This document shows, in pieces, positions 24,570 to 37,130 of a DNA stretch of 64,000 nucleotides. The DNA comes from Octopus vulgaris (lineage: Eukaryota), in NCBI GenBank assembly GCA_951406725.2, contig OX597827.1, positions 56,544,001 to 56,608,000 on the forward strand. Direction: 5' to 3'. The notes under the pieces are model-generated. The model was given only the letters and a program-made list of their open reading frames with translations. It did not search any database and had not been told where the DNA came from. Position 1 is the stretch's first letter. Each line of letters starts with the position of its first letter. A program made the position numbers and the translations under genes.

Positions 24570-26414
24570 AATTGTAGTAGTTTTGTTTTCTTTCTACTCT
24601 CTTTTTGTTTTTTTTTCCCAATAACATATATTTACTTTGCATTTCCGAATGAATAAATCCAAACAATTTTTTCTTATGAAAAAACATTGAAAGCAACTGG
24701 AAATCAGTAGAATATTGTATAGAAAGATAACGATGGCGAACAGGAAGAAGAAGAAGAAAGAGAAAAAAGAAACTGAGTAAGGAGAAAATCAATTAAATAT
24801 AAAATAAAAAATAATCCATAAGCCGATCCCCAAACCACTTGGTCTCAGCTTGTCATTAAACATTGTTGTTTATGCTCAGGGATTGTCTTGTGTCACTATC
24901 CACTTGTCTAAGTTTTTTTTCTTAAGCTTAATTACTCAGTCATTATATTTGAATTATGGACTCAATAATTTCCCTCTTCTTGTATTGATTATTTAACATC
25001 GTTGAAATCGAAGTAAACAATTGATTTTCTGATGGTGGAGTCAATAGCAGGTTGGTCTATCATCTGAAGGGTCAGCAGTTTGTATCTTGTCAACAACACT
25101 GCGTGGTGGTGGGATAGAGACATGTGACTGAACGCAGGCACGGTTGCGTGGTTCGCTTCGCCATTACGTGATTTTAAGTGCAATCTCACAGGACGTCTCT
25201 TTTAGCAAATACATTCCACTATAGATTCGAGTTGACGTGAAAGCCCGAGAAAACGAAAACTGCGCCAAAGACCACGATATGGACAACACCTGTTCCAGGA
25301 TGTTAAACTGAATCTTCACCCAGTTTAACAGTACCACCTAGCCCTTTGGTGTTTTTAGCAAGGACTCTGTTGTAAGCATTCAGACCAGGTCTTCAGTCTA
25401 AAGATAACTTGATATCTTGATGTGTTGCTTCATATTGCAGCAACCAATGAGTCATAGTTTCAGCCTTCCTTTTCCACACCAGCGTCGAAGGCTACGTAAA
25501 AAGGCTGCGGGCATTGCTCTCCAACCTCATCACAAGTAACCGTCAATAGTCGGAAATAGCCATCACTAGTCACTATTCGGAAATAGCCATCACTAGTCAC
25601 TCGTCAGAAGTAGCAATCACTAGTCACTAGTCGGAAGCAGCTATCACTACCCACAAGTAGCTGTACTATCTACAAAGAAGCTGTTACTAGTCGGAGGTAG
25701 TCATTATTAGTCACAGGTAACTGTCATTAGTCTGACAGTCTGACTTAGATCCAAGCATTTGTAATGACTAGGCGATTTAATACTACCATACAGTTCATTC
25801 TATCTTCTTCTCTAAATTGGTTTGTACGTAATAACACTGCAGAAGACAAAAACAGTAAAGAGAGATGTCTTGGTCAGTTGTCAGCAGCAAGATGGACAAG
25901 TTGCTCTAGCAATTTTGGTGAATTGTCTGAGACATCACTTGATTTGTCCGAGCTCAGTAGCGGTCAATAGTCGGAAGCCGCTATCACTTACCACAAGTAA
26001 TTGTCACGAGTAGCTATCACTTGTAAGTACTAATCACAAGTAGCTATCAGTTACCACAAGTAGCTATCAGTTACCACAAGTAGCTATCACTTACCACAAG
26101 TACTAATCACAAGTAACTACCACTAGTCACAAATAGCTGCCACTAGTCTCCTTACTCAGTTTCTTCTTCTTCTTCTTCTTCTTCTTCTTCTTCTTCTTCT
26201 TCTTCTTCTTCTTCTTCTTCTTCTTCTTCTTCCTCCTCCTCCTCCTCCTGGTCGCCATCGTTATCTTTCTATACAATATTCTACTGATTTCCAATTGCTT
26301 TCAATGTTTTTTCATAAGAAAAATTCTTTGAGTTTATTCATTCGGAAATGCAAAGTAAATATAAGTTATTGGTGGGGAAAAAAAGAGAGTAAAAAGAACA
26401 AAACAGAAACAATT
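24570..26414. mobile_element. ~1.8-kb segment bounded by ~220-bp inverted repeats, with an internal degenerate ~20-bp minisatellite
   Basis: 24570-24785 is the reverse complement of 26147-26414 apart from the (CTT)n expansion; internal repeats agtcggaaatagccatcact and acaagtagctatcagttacc at 25545-25740 and 25965-26147. Confidence 0.7.
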
Positions 26415-26924
26415 CATTGCCTTTTTAGCATTGAAAACTTGCAAACTGACGCTTGTGAGTTCATCTATTCTTGTGACCTGATGGATAAGTTTTGTTTAGC
26501 TACCTTGCACCAAGTAATCGATGTGAAGACGCATTCGTCATTGTGATTTAAAGGAACTCAGCCCCATATTATTTTCACATTGCATGTCACATAAATAAAA
26601 GCAGTAATGAAGCATGTTTATATTTTTAAGCGCGCCGGACAAAACGCTTACTGCCGTCTCTTCCGGCTCTTTGTGTTCTGAGTTCAAATCCCGCTAAGAC
26701 CGATTTTGCTTGCCATCCTTTCGAAGTCGATAAAATAAGCACCAGTTGAGCACTGTGGTCAAGATAATCTACTTACCACCTCCCCTTAAAAAATTACCGG
26801 CCTTGTGCTAAAATTCTAAACCATAATTTTGTAATGCAAAAAATTGGTGAAGTCGATAGAGCAATAATGTAGATAGAATGCTTACTGCCCAGAGCAGCCC
26901 TTGTGTTTGTTGTACCCATCCCTT

Positions 26925-27155
26925 ATTTCTTTATTGCCCACAAGGGGCTAAATATAGAGGGGACAAACAAGGACAAAGGGATGAAGTCGACTACATCGAC
27001 CCCAGTGCATAACTGGTACTTAATTTATTGACCCTGAAAGGATGAAAGGCAAAGTCGACCTCGGCGGAATTTGAACTCACAACATAACGGCAGACGAAAT
27101 ACCGCTAAGCATTTCGCCCAGCATGCTAATGTTTCTGCCATCTCGCCGTCTTTTC
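26925..27155 (-). mobile_element. SINE family 2, full length
   Basis: 12-bp TSD tacccatccctt at 26913-26924 and 27156-27167. Confidence 0.9.
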
Positions 27156-27607
27156 TACCCATCCCTTGTACCCTAGACAGGCTTACAAAGCAGATCCAAA
27201 AGTCGCCCTCATGAAAGCGTCTTCGTTTGCATCACCCTAGCTACTCTACAGCGATGTTTCTGACGGTTCTTTGACCTCTGAGTTCAAACTCTGTCGAGGT
27301 CAACTTTGCCTTTCATCTTTTCGTGGTTTATAAATAAAGTACCAGTGCAAGGTGGTAGATTAGCAGAACTGTGAGAGCGTTTTGCAGTATTTATTTCCGG
27401 CTCTTCGGTTTCTCAAGCCAACGTCTGTGACGAAACAGTTATCAAGTTGTGTGATGCTGGTCCCTTCTTTTCTTTGGGTAAAGTTAGTAGTGGTGTAGAA
27501 AGAGGAAACAAGTAAACGCGGACAACTGCCTGTCTTCCATAAAAAGAAAACTTTCACTCTGTCCAGGAGAGGAACTTTCCCATCGTAGATCCATGGTTTC
27601 TTGAGAT

Positions 27608-27860
27608 GCATGGAAGTTTAGTGGTTAGGACGATGCACTCGCGATCGCAAGGTCGTGGCTTTGATTCCAGGACCGGGAGGTGAGCTCTGTTCTTGAGAAA
27701 AATCATTTCATTTTCAAGCTGCCTCAGTTCGTTTAACTGTAAATGAATAACCCTATGATGGACTAGCGTCCAGTTCAGGTGGAATGCTGTCATCTTGGTC
27801 ACTTATATGCCATGGAAACCGAGTAACGGACCTTATGAGTCCTGGGACTCGTAACAGTAA
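27608..27860 (+). mobile_element. Old tRNA-headed SINE
   Basis: gtttagtggttaggacgatgcactcgcgatcgcaaggtcgtggctttgattcca resembles the head at 32926; degenerate CORE-like centre. Confidence 0.55.
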
Positions 27861-28252
27861 CGTCAATGTCATATTCTTAAGATTATGATTTACAGAACTT
27901 ATTAAACCATTCCTTATAAGTTAAAAATTTCTTTCATTTTTACTTCTACGCGACGTTTTGATAGATTTCATCATTGATTGTCATCAAGAGTTTTATTTCT
28001 GGACATGCACATAATACCAGACAAGATTCAAACAAGGAACCTTCATTTCAAAACTAAGGCTCATAGTATTCGTATCTGCTACACCACTGAATGCATGTGC
28101 TTAGATTGTTAATTCGAATCATCCCTGCTGGCAATCTACACACATTCAAGGACAGAATATTTACTGATTATCGGAGATTAAACTGATCAAAATAGTGTAG
28201 ATGTAAAGATATAAAAATGTTTTATCTTTAAAGATGGAATAGTCCAAACAAT

Positions 28253-28606
28253 CATAATCCTTTCAACTATAGGCACAAGGCCTGAAATTCTGTGGGAAGG
28301 AGCAAGTCGATTACATCGCCCCCAGTACTCAACTGGTACTTAATTTATCGACCCGAAAGGATGAAAGGCAAAGTCGACCTTGGTGGAATTTGAACTCAGA
28401 ACGTAGCGGCAGACGAAATACCTATTTCTTTACTACCCACAAGGGGCTAAACACAGAAAGGACAAAGAATGACAGACAAAGGGATTAAGTCGATTATATT
28501 GACCTCAGTGCATAACTGGTACTTATTTAATCGACCCTGAAAGGATGAAAGGCAAAGTCGACCTCGGCGGAATTTGAACTCAGAACGTAGCGGCAGGCGA
28601 AATACT
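28253..28606 (-). mobile_element. SINE family 2 dimer with two different tails
   Basis: Junction gacgaaatacctatttctttactacccac at ~28412-28440. Confidence 0.85.
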
Positions 28607-29290
28607 GGCATGATAGTTACCCCCACCATACAACGGAGAATTTGGTAGTTCGTATCTCGCTCAAGCATTATGTCGCATATTCGCAAATTCTTAACTCTCA
28701 ATAGTTGGTCCGAAGCAACTTAAAATAAATACTAAAGACTAGTATAATTAATTCAGAGCTGTAAGCAGGGGCAGCCCTATAATATTGATGAGAGACTTTT
28801 TGACTTGCAACAATAATTTTGTTCTTTACTGTTATAGATGGCCATGGTGCGTGTTCTATGAAGTTGAAGGCGGCCAAGTTCAAATATCTCATGTACTGCA
28901 GTCCTCTGGTAGACGTAATACTGGTAGGAATCTCGAAAAGGTTTGGGTTCCTCTTAGAATAACATGCCTTCTACCCCAAGTTTTGCCTCTTCTGGATGGA
29001 ACAGAATAATAACAGCCAGGTTAGCAGAGTAACGAACGCCATGGAGACCGTCGTAGAAACAGCCCTAATGGAGACCAATGAGGAGGGCAGCAGCACCATC
29101 AGTAATGAGGATGAGGAAGATGGTTTCCTCAGCAACATCACTCGGTTCTGGGAGAGCAAGATCTACAGGTCACTGAAGTCCAAGGCGCAAAACTTGGTGG
29201 GGACCTGGCTGAAGGTCATCTCAAAGAAGGTCCTGACTTAAGTCGCCTTTTTGGGTGAGCAGGTCTTGATTGACTTGTTCACCAAGTATA

Positions 29291-29525
29291 TATTTCTTTA
29301 CTACCCACAAGGGGCTAAACACAGAGGGGACAAACAAGGAGAGACAAAGGGATTAAGTCGACTACATCGACCCCAGTGCGTAACTGGTACTTAATTTATC
29401 GACCCCGAAAGGATGAAAGGCAAAGTCAACCTCGGCGGAATTTGAACTCGGAACGTAACGACAGACGAAATACGGCTACGCATTTCGCCCGGCGTGCTAA
29501 CGTTTCTACCAGCTCGCCGCCTACC
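29291..29525 (-). mobile_element. SINE family 2, full length
   Basis: 15-bp TSD tgttcaccaagtata at 29276-29290 and 29526-29540. Confidence 0.92.
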
Positions 29526-29629
29526 TGTTCACCAAGTATAACACCGCCATCCCATCCAGTGCTGCAGTTGAATGCCTATTCTCTATAGGCAAAGATATTT
29601 TGAGGGCCAAGTGGGCCACCCTGTCAGAC

Positions 29630-29979
29630 AATCCTAACCCTAAAACCTTAACCCTAATCCTAAAACCTTAAAGCTAAACCAGTAAAAACACACGAACGAT
29701 GTTATAAATAACAGTGACAAATGAAAAATACAGCGCCGATAGTTGTTGTTGACAAACAACGGCAGTAATTTTATTCAGCTGAATACACGTCATTGATTGG
29801 TTGAAATTACCGAAATACGACAACTTTAACGTGAAATAACTTCATAAATATAAGCCTTTCTCAAAAATGCTAAGAGTAAAAGATATTTTATATGACACAT
29901 TCTACCAATGTCCGAAGTTTGAAAGTGTTTAGTTACAAAAAATTATTCTTTGAATCTGTAGATCAAAAGGTAAAGATCC
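29630..29979. mobile_element. Right half of a ggatc-terminal MITE with CCCTAA-like tract (paralog at ~38785-39193)
   Basis: Ends tcaaaaggtaaagatcc; closely similar to 38850-39193. Confidence 0.8.
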
Positions 29980-30351
29980 GTAATTTGGGGATCCACAATA
30001 GTATTTTAAGGATCCTTAAAAAATTTGCTTTAGCTGTATGTATTTGTATATATTACATGAAACAGCTTGGTTTCTTTCTCTAACTACACAAGTGAATGTG
30101 TGATGAACAAAATATGGATTTTGAAAGAAGTATCTATAAAACTAGTTTTTAAACGTCGAATGGCTACGGTGGTCCACCAGAGTAAAATAGTTATCAAAGG
30201 GGTCCATAGATGAAAAGAAAATGGTTGAGAACCCCTGATCTAGATAATAAGTTCGTATTGTTTACGATAGTTATTGGTGCACTTAGCTATGTTACTAAAT
30301 GTCTAAGTGATAATTTCGAAAAGTAAGGGTTTTCAGGTAAAGCAACCAGCT

Positions 30352-30742
30352 ATCTTGTTTCAGTCATTTGACTGCGGCCATGCTGGAGCACCGCCTTTAA
30401 TCGAGTAACTCAACCCCGGGACTTATTCTTTTTGTAAGCCCAGTACTTATTCTATCGGTCCCTTTTGCCGAACCGCTAAGTAACGGGGACGTAAACACAC
30501 CAGCATCGGTTGTCAAGCAATGCTAGGGGGACAAACACAGACACACAAGCACACACACGTGTATATATATACATATATATATACGACGGGCTTCTTTCAG
30601 TTTCCGTCTACCAAATCCACTCACAAGGCATTGGTCGGCCCGAAGCTATAGTAGAAGACACTTGCCCAAGGTGCCACGCAGTGGGACTGAACCCGGAACC
30701 ATGTGGTTGGTTAGCAAGCTACTTACCACACAGCCACTCCTG
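30352..30742 (-). mobile_element. SINE family 1
   Basis: Full body from ttgtttcagtcatttgactgcggcc to cagccactcctg. Confidence 0.92.
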
Positions 30743-31579
30743 AATACAATCTGTAAATAATCTGTATTTGAAACAGCAAACGTGTGCAAGACTTTTCTAA
30801 AGTTCCACACGTAATCGTTTACCGTTTTTGTTATCAAAGTTTCGGCGATGGGGTTTTGTTTCTTTGTTAGGGACCAACTCCTTTGTAGGGAGAACTCAAA
30901 CGATTAGAAAAGAAAGAAATTTATATATCCATAGGCATACATACATACATTCGACATGCATGCATACATACATAAACATGCAAATATAAATGTCCGAATC
31001 TGTACACACATGAATATAGTTTTATACACATATAATAGACATAAAAGGTTTATGAATTTCTCTCATACATAACGCAATTCAGTTCATCACTATAACTTGA
31101 TCCAACCAGCCTCCATTCAAGCTGCCCATCGACAGCTAAAGAACAAACGGAAAAGAAATGTAGTCTAGATTGTCAATAGATCGATTGAAGTTTAATAGAA
31201 ATCCAATCGAAACAACAGCTGTAGCCTTTTTCTCCTGACGCTTTTACATCAACATAGAAGAAACGGTCGAAATAAAATTAGCTGTCACGCATTGCTGTTC
31301 GAACAAACAAGGCAGCTGACAGCTCAAAATGTATTTTACGCTGTTATTACTTACAGTCAACACTAGTTATCAATATATTCATAACATGCCACAGGAGTTG
31401 GTCAAGATGCCATATTTTCTCATGTCTTTTCGATAAAAGATTGGCATAGGTAAGCTCCTTTTTCTTTTCTTGTTTATTTTATAACCCTTTACCTGTCCTG
31501 TGTATTACATGTGGTATATAGGATACATCACGATAAATGTATCAATTTTCTTTTTCAATCACCAGAGTAAGTTGGGACT

Positions 31580-31783
31580 CTTTTACTCTTTTACTTGTTT
31601 CAGTCATTTGACTGCGGCCATGCTGGAGCACCGCCTTTAGTCGAGCAAATCGACCCCGGGACTTATTCTTTGTAAGCCCAGTACTTATTCTATCGGTCTG
31701 TTTTGCCGAACCGCTAAGTTACGGGGACGTAAGCATACCAGCATCGGTTGTCAAGCAATGCTAGGGGGACAAACACAGACACA

Positions 31784-31847
<64 letters not shown>

Positions 31848-32012
31848 CGACATGCTTCTTTCAGTTTCCGTCTACCAAATCCACTCACAAGGCATTGGTC
31901 GGCCCGGGGCTATAGCAGAAGACACTTACCCAAGATGCCACGCTGTGGGACTGAACCCGGAACCATGTGGTTGTTTAGCAAGCTACTTACCACACAGCCA
32001 CTCCTGCGCCTC
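31580..32012 (-). mobile_element. SINE family 1, full length, flanked by a 40-bp direct duplication
   Basis: Head aggcgcaggagtggctgtgtggtaag..ggttcagtccc; 31540-31579 is identical to 32013-32052. Confidence 0.95.
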
Positions 32013-32269
32013 TATCAATTTTCTTTTTCAATCACCAGAGTAAGTTGGGACTGACGAAAGAAAAACTTTATATTACTCAGAACGTATGAAACAAGGGCTA
32101 ACTAAAAGACTGAAAACAAGAATGAAGATTTAGGGCAAACTTGCGTTTTTAAAATTATTAACCACCTTACTAACAATAACTCTGAGCACCTTTTCAAACT
32201 CCACCTTTCTAACACCCGTGGACATGTTTACAAAGAAAACAGCACAGCTCCCATGAATTTCGGAAACAT

Positions 32270-32520
32270 TTTTTCATGCTAAGAGTTGCTGAAGCTTGGA
32301 ACAAACTGCTGGCATCAGTTGTTAGTTGTCGGAGCACTGCATCCTTCAAAACTTCCATGCTTCCTGAGATTCGCCAACACTACACCTGATTTTCTCCCCT
32401 CCATTCACACGCAAGCAGGTATCTGACTCATACACTGTTCACTTCCCAGACATTTGTATATTACTGCATATGCTTTATACGCACTTTTGACAAGTTGTGG
32501 TGCACCTGAGCACTGTATAC
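32270..32520 (+). mobile_element. Probable LINE 3' end with (AAT)n tail
   Basis: Non-coding-looking block ending gagcactgtatac followed by a long (AAT)n; family assignment is inference. Confidence 0.45.
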
Positions 32521-32574
<54 letters not shown>

Positions 32575-32925
32575 TATTATTATTATTATTATTATAAAAG
32601 TCGACTGTACTATTCCTCTGGACAATTTGTACGGTGCTTGAGAAAAAAAAACATGGAAATCTCTCTGTCGAAGTTTCCTACCCTATTAAGAAATCTGGGT
32701 CCCTTTTCATATGAAGGTTAATGACCGTCGTCTGTGGATATTTCATATTTCCGGGCATCAAACTGCACTCTCTGACAGGCAATGCATGATTTTTATTGTA
32801 GTTATTTAGTATCAATTCTGCTCTGATCAAGCGAATGATGATCAATATTGTTCCAGCCGTGGCTACCTCGTCTGTTTGTCTTATATCTACAATTACGTTA
32901 TTCATGTCACTGTTATTTTAAAATA

Positions 32926-33251
32926 GTGAAGGCACGTGGCTAAGTGGTTAGGGCATTCGGCTCACGATTGTAAGGTCGTGAGCTCAATTCCCGGCGACGT
33001 GTTGTGTCCTTGAGCAAGACACTTTATTTCACATTGCTCCAGTCCGCTCAGCTGGCAAAAATGAGTTGTACCTGTATTTTAAAAGGGCCGGCCTTGTCAC
33101 ACTCTGTGTCACACTGAATCTCCCTGAGAACTACGTTAGGGGCACACATGTCTGTGGATTGCTCAGTCACTTGCACGTTAATTTCATGAGCAAGCTGTTC
33201 CGTTGATCGTATCAGCTGGGACCCTCGTCGTCGTAACCGACGGAGTGCTCC
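32926..33251 (+). mobile_element. tRNA-derived SINE with CORE-like centre and the family-3 3' tail
   Basis: A/B-box head; tgtccttgagcaagacactt; tail homologous to 12056-12250; TSD tattttaa(a/g)ata at 32914-32925 and 33252-33263. Confidence 0.88.
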
Positions 33252-34266
33252 TATTTTAAGATACTTGGTGTGACTACTTATCATTTCTAGCAAGGCGAGC
33301 AACACAATATAGAAGTGAATTAAGTTATGTAAATGCATGGAATATTAAGAGAAGAGAGTAGCATTAGGTCTTTTTTTCCCCGGTGCCGGATTTACAACTG
33401 GGCAAATTGCACGGTTGAAACAAAGACCCGTCCGTTGCTTTTAATTTTTTCTGTTAAACATAAATACAAATGTGCTGGAAATTTTCATCTCTCCCCTCTG
33501 TAAAGAAGCTTATATTACTGATGAATAAATAGGGTTAAAAAGATAATACTTAATATGGTTATGAGATCTGGCTTAGTGGATGTCTCAAAAGAAAACTGAA
33601 TTTCTAATCAGTTACTATTACATTCATTATTATGCCTTTATGTCTTGCCAGTCAGACAATTGAAAGGTCAAAGGGAAAACATACTGGGTTACGTTTAGGA
33701 CATTAGTTAACTTATTGTATCAGTTAACCCTGGGACGCAAAGAGGTTCCCTCGTAGTAGTGTAGAGTTGTAATGGATGGAGTGTGGCAGTTAAATATTTT
33801 AGATCCAGTTGTTCATTTTCTTGTATATTCAGAAGTTTCGGTGTATGGAGGAAGATTTAAAATACATTGAAACGTTACTTATTTTATTTATTTATTATTA
33901 TTATTGTTGTTGTTTTTTTCCTTCTTTCTTTAAATTTTCTTCCATTTCTCGCCGAGTGTTTTCCGTACACCTAGGGCAGAGAAGCTCATTGTATGCATTC
34001 CTAGATTACACACGCAAATTCACAGGTAAAATATGTATTTAAATAAATAAATAAATTCATGAATGGATATTGTTTTCACAGCGATAATGCTCTTCTCAGT
34101 ACATGAGTCGTTCCAGTTAACACTATTTGCACTTCCTGTAAGGATAGTAAGCCTGGTATCATTTTCAAGTAGGTTTCAGTACCTTTTTTTTCTTCTTATC
34201 ATTCCTAGAGATCCTACAATCACTGGTACTGTAGTTGCCTTGAGATGCCACATTTTTTTCAATTTC

Positions 34267-34312
<46 letters not shown>

Positions 34313-34649
34313 TGCGCAATGATAATATAACTATGATACTATCAACAAAATCGTTCCAGCCATGATCATTTCATCTTTTCACGAGTATGTAAACAGACAC
34401 TATCATATGTGTCCGTTTCTTTCAGAAGACGAGAGGGTGTAACGTGGGGGGGATGTTATAAACTTCTACTAAAACACTTCTGAGAATATTTCCATTTATT
34501 GCGTGGCCACATATTAAGCCTATCATAATACAAAATAAGAAATCCACCAATTATCCGGATTAAGTTTTGGTCGGCACAGAAATATCCAAGTAAGTAGTAT
34601 CCAGAGTAAGACATAAACAAAAACAAGGCAACGAAAAAGAAAAGCAATA

Positions 34650-34775
34650 AAGCTTTTGGTTGCTCAGGATATTTAGTAACAGCCTTTGTGTCAGCGCTTG
34701 CGGTTTCATTAGTCAACGTTATGTGAAATTCAAGCACTTCTAAAACCTTTCAAACCAGCCTTTAGTAGCCAAAAG
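34650..34775 (-). mobile_element. Second Tigger/pogo fragment
   Basis: LTNETASADTKAVTKYPEQ resembles the Tigger GEAASAD..AA..FP motif. Confidence 0.55.
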
Positions 34776-34797
34776 ATCAAAAAAAAAAAAAAAAAAA

Positions 34798-35388
34798 GAT
34801 CAAACTCGTGTTTGACCCGAGCAAAGAGAAAAAGAAAAAGAAAAAATAGTGCAATAGGTGTAAAACAACATGTAGTAAACGAGTATGAAAAAAAAATGCG
34901 CGCTGGCGAACGGGGGGTGGGGGAAAGTTCTCGGAAAATTCACATCGGGGAATGTTCCGAGTCCTTTCACCACTTCCCCGTTCGTTGGCGAAATTTTTTT
35001 CCTTCATATTCGTTTACTACACATTATTTTACATCTAGTATACTATTTTATTTTTCAATTTTTGTGACGGGGGTAGGTGGGGTGCGGACTCGGAAAATTC
35101 ACACGATCAGTCTCACAGGATCAGAAAACCCAACGTTAACACCCGGTGACAAAAATGGAAAAAAAAAATAGTGTAATAGATGTAAAATAATGTGAAGAAA
35201 ACGAATATGACGAAAAAAAATTTCGTCGACGAACAGGAAAGTGGTAAGAGGACTCGGAACATTCCCAATGCGAATTTTCCGAGTCCTCTCCTCCTCCAGT
35301 TCGCCAGCGTGTATTTTTTTTCATATTCGTTTACTACTTGCTTACTACTTATTTTTTTTTTGCTTGGGTCAAACACTGGAGTTTGACC
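34798..35388. mobile_element. Foldback element whose arms are themselves palindromic
   Basis: gatcaaactcgtgtttgacccgagcaaa ... tttgcttgggtcaaacactggagtttgacc; arms ~34798-35070 and ~35140-35388. Confidence 0.8.
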
Positions 35389-35395
35389 AAAACAT

Positions 35396-35780
35396 ACTCT
35401 TTTACTTGTTTCAGTCATTTGACTGTGGCCATGCTGGAGCACCGCCTTTAGTCGAGCAAATAGACCCCAGGACTTATTCTTTGTAAGCCTAGTACTTATT
35501 CTATCGGTCTCTTTTGCTGAACTGCTAAGTTACGGGGACGTAAACACGCCAGCATCGGTTGTCAAGCGATGTTGGGGGCGACAAACACACACATGCACAT
35601 ATATATATATATACATATATACGACGGGCTTCTTTCAGTTTCCGTCTACCAGATCCACTCACAAGACTTTGGTCGGCCCGAGGCTATAGTAGAATACACT
35701 TGCCCAAGGTGCCACACAGTGGGACTGAACCCGGAACCACGTGGTTGGTAAGCAAGCTACTTACCACACAGCCACTCCTA
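35396..35780 (-). mobile_element. SINE family 1
   Basis: Full body; head abuts the 5S copy. Confidence 0.92.
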
Positions 35781-35787
35781 CTTACCA

Positions 35788-35903
35788 CTTACAACACTTA
35801 GGTTTCCCAAGCGGTCACCCATCTAAGTACTAACTAGGCTCGACGTTGCTTAACTTCGGTGATCGGACGAGAACCGGTGCTTTCAACGTGATATAGCCGT
35901 AAG
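35788..35903 (-). rRNA. Dispersed 5S rRNA copy (probable pseudogene)
   Basis: Minus strand cttacggctatatcacgttgaaagcaccggttctcgtccgatcaccgaagttaagcaacgtcgagcctagttagtacttagatgggtgaccgcttgggaaacctaagtgttgtaag is a typical metazoan 5S sequence with paired termini; no oligo-T terminator. Confidence 0.93.
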
Positions 35904-36313
35904 AATTTTAAAGAGTATAGCTTCTTGAGCATTTGACTAAATTTTCTCCCTGTTGGTTACAATTAGCTCATACAGTAGATGTTGCAAATATAAATATTTT
36001 AGCAAAGTGGCTATTTCCCCCCTCCCATAACGAATATTTGTAAAACATCAGTTTTAGTATCCAGTGCACTCTATTCACGGTTCATGCTCCAGTTTTCAGT
36101 TCCAGTTGAAATACTCTTTCCAGACATCCAAACAGCTTGGGGTAGGAGGAAGTATTATATGATTACAGTTAGTTAAAGGGGTACCTTGTTCGCGGGTACT
36201 TCATTGCACCTGACTTCAGCCCTAAAAGCGTTACAGTGCGCGCGCACACACACTCACGCACATATAGGCGAAACAAAATATATTTTATCCGACTAACGAT
36301 CATGGATTAACTA

Positions 36314-36870
36314 TTGGGTTGTCCGGAAAGTTTGTGCCGATTCTTAAAGGAAAGAAAGAGGTCAATAAATACTTGCCATTACATTTTTAATCAACCAAAT
36401 ATGAACCATTTTGTTGCACAATGCGTCTCCATCTTTCCTTTAACTTGAAAGTACCCACTTCTCAGAATTGATGGCAAAGAATTCATCACGGTATCTTTTT
36501 TACGTCATCCAAGGAATTGAAATTTTTACCATTAAGACTATTCTGCAGTGACCTGAATAAGTGGAAATCTGAAGGAGTAATATCTGGTGAATATGGAGGG
36601 TGGGGTAACACATCCCAGCCGAACTGCAGCAATTTTTGTCTGGTTCCCAAAGCATCAAGTGCCGAAAATGAACTTTCTCATCTTCCATTTTAAAGGATTA
36701 CAGAATTAACACAGGTTATAGGAAAATAAACCTTCTTCCACGAAAAGATAGCTTAAACTGTACTCTAAATGGAGGTGTAGTTAAATCCTGTTTTATGGAC
36801 TCAACCATGTTCTAAAATAAGTCGAAAGGTAAGCTACTATAAATCGGCACGAACTTTCCAGACAACCGAA
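36314..36870 (-). mobile_element. Internally deleted mariner element
   Basis: TIRs ttgggttgtccggaaagtttgtgccgatt / aatcggcacgaactttccagacaaccgaa with TA TSDs; MEDEKVHFRHLML start and remnant HPPYSPDITPSDFHLF. Confidence 0.92.
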
Positions 36871-36956
36871 TATTTTATTTACATTTTGACTTTGAGTACT
36901 TTATTACAAGTGGCCGGAAAGTGTCTTTTCAACTTCTCGCTCATTCGAATATATAC

Positions 36957-37130
36957 ACTAGACTCACGGAGTATGGGAAATTCGGGCTATATGTGTTTCA
37001 TAGCGAGTGGAACATGGAAAATTTGGACTACATGTTTCATAGTGAGTGGAACCTCGGAAGTGGTAAGAGGTTCCACTCGCTATGAAAAATATATAACCTG
37101 GATTTCCCATACTCCACTCCGTAACTCTAG
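36957..37130. repeat. Imperfect hairpin/foldback element with duplicated inner arm
   Basis: ggagtatgggaaatt..tttcatagcgagtggaac versus gttccactcgctatgaaa..atttcccatactcc. Confidence 0.7.

Noticed and set aside
25545-26147. Possible repeat-spacer array
   Set aside because: Degenerate minisatellite with irregular period and no distinct spacers.
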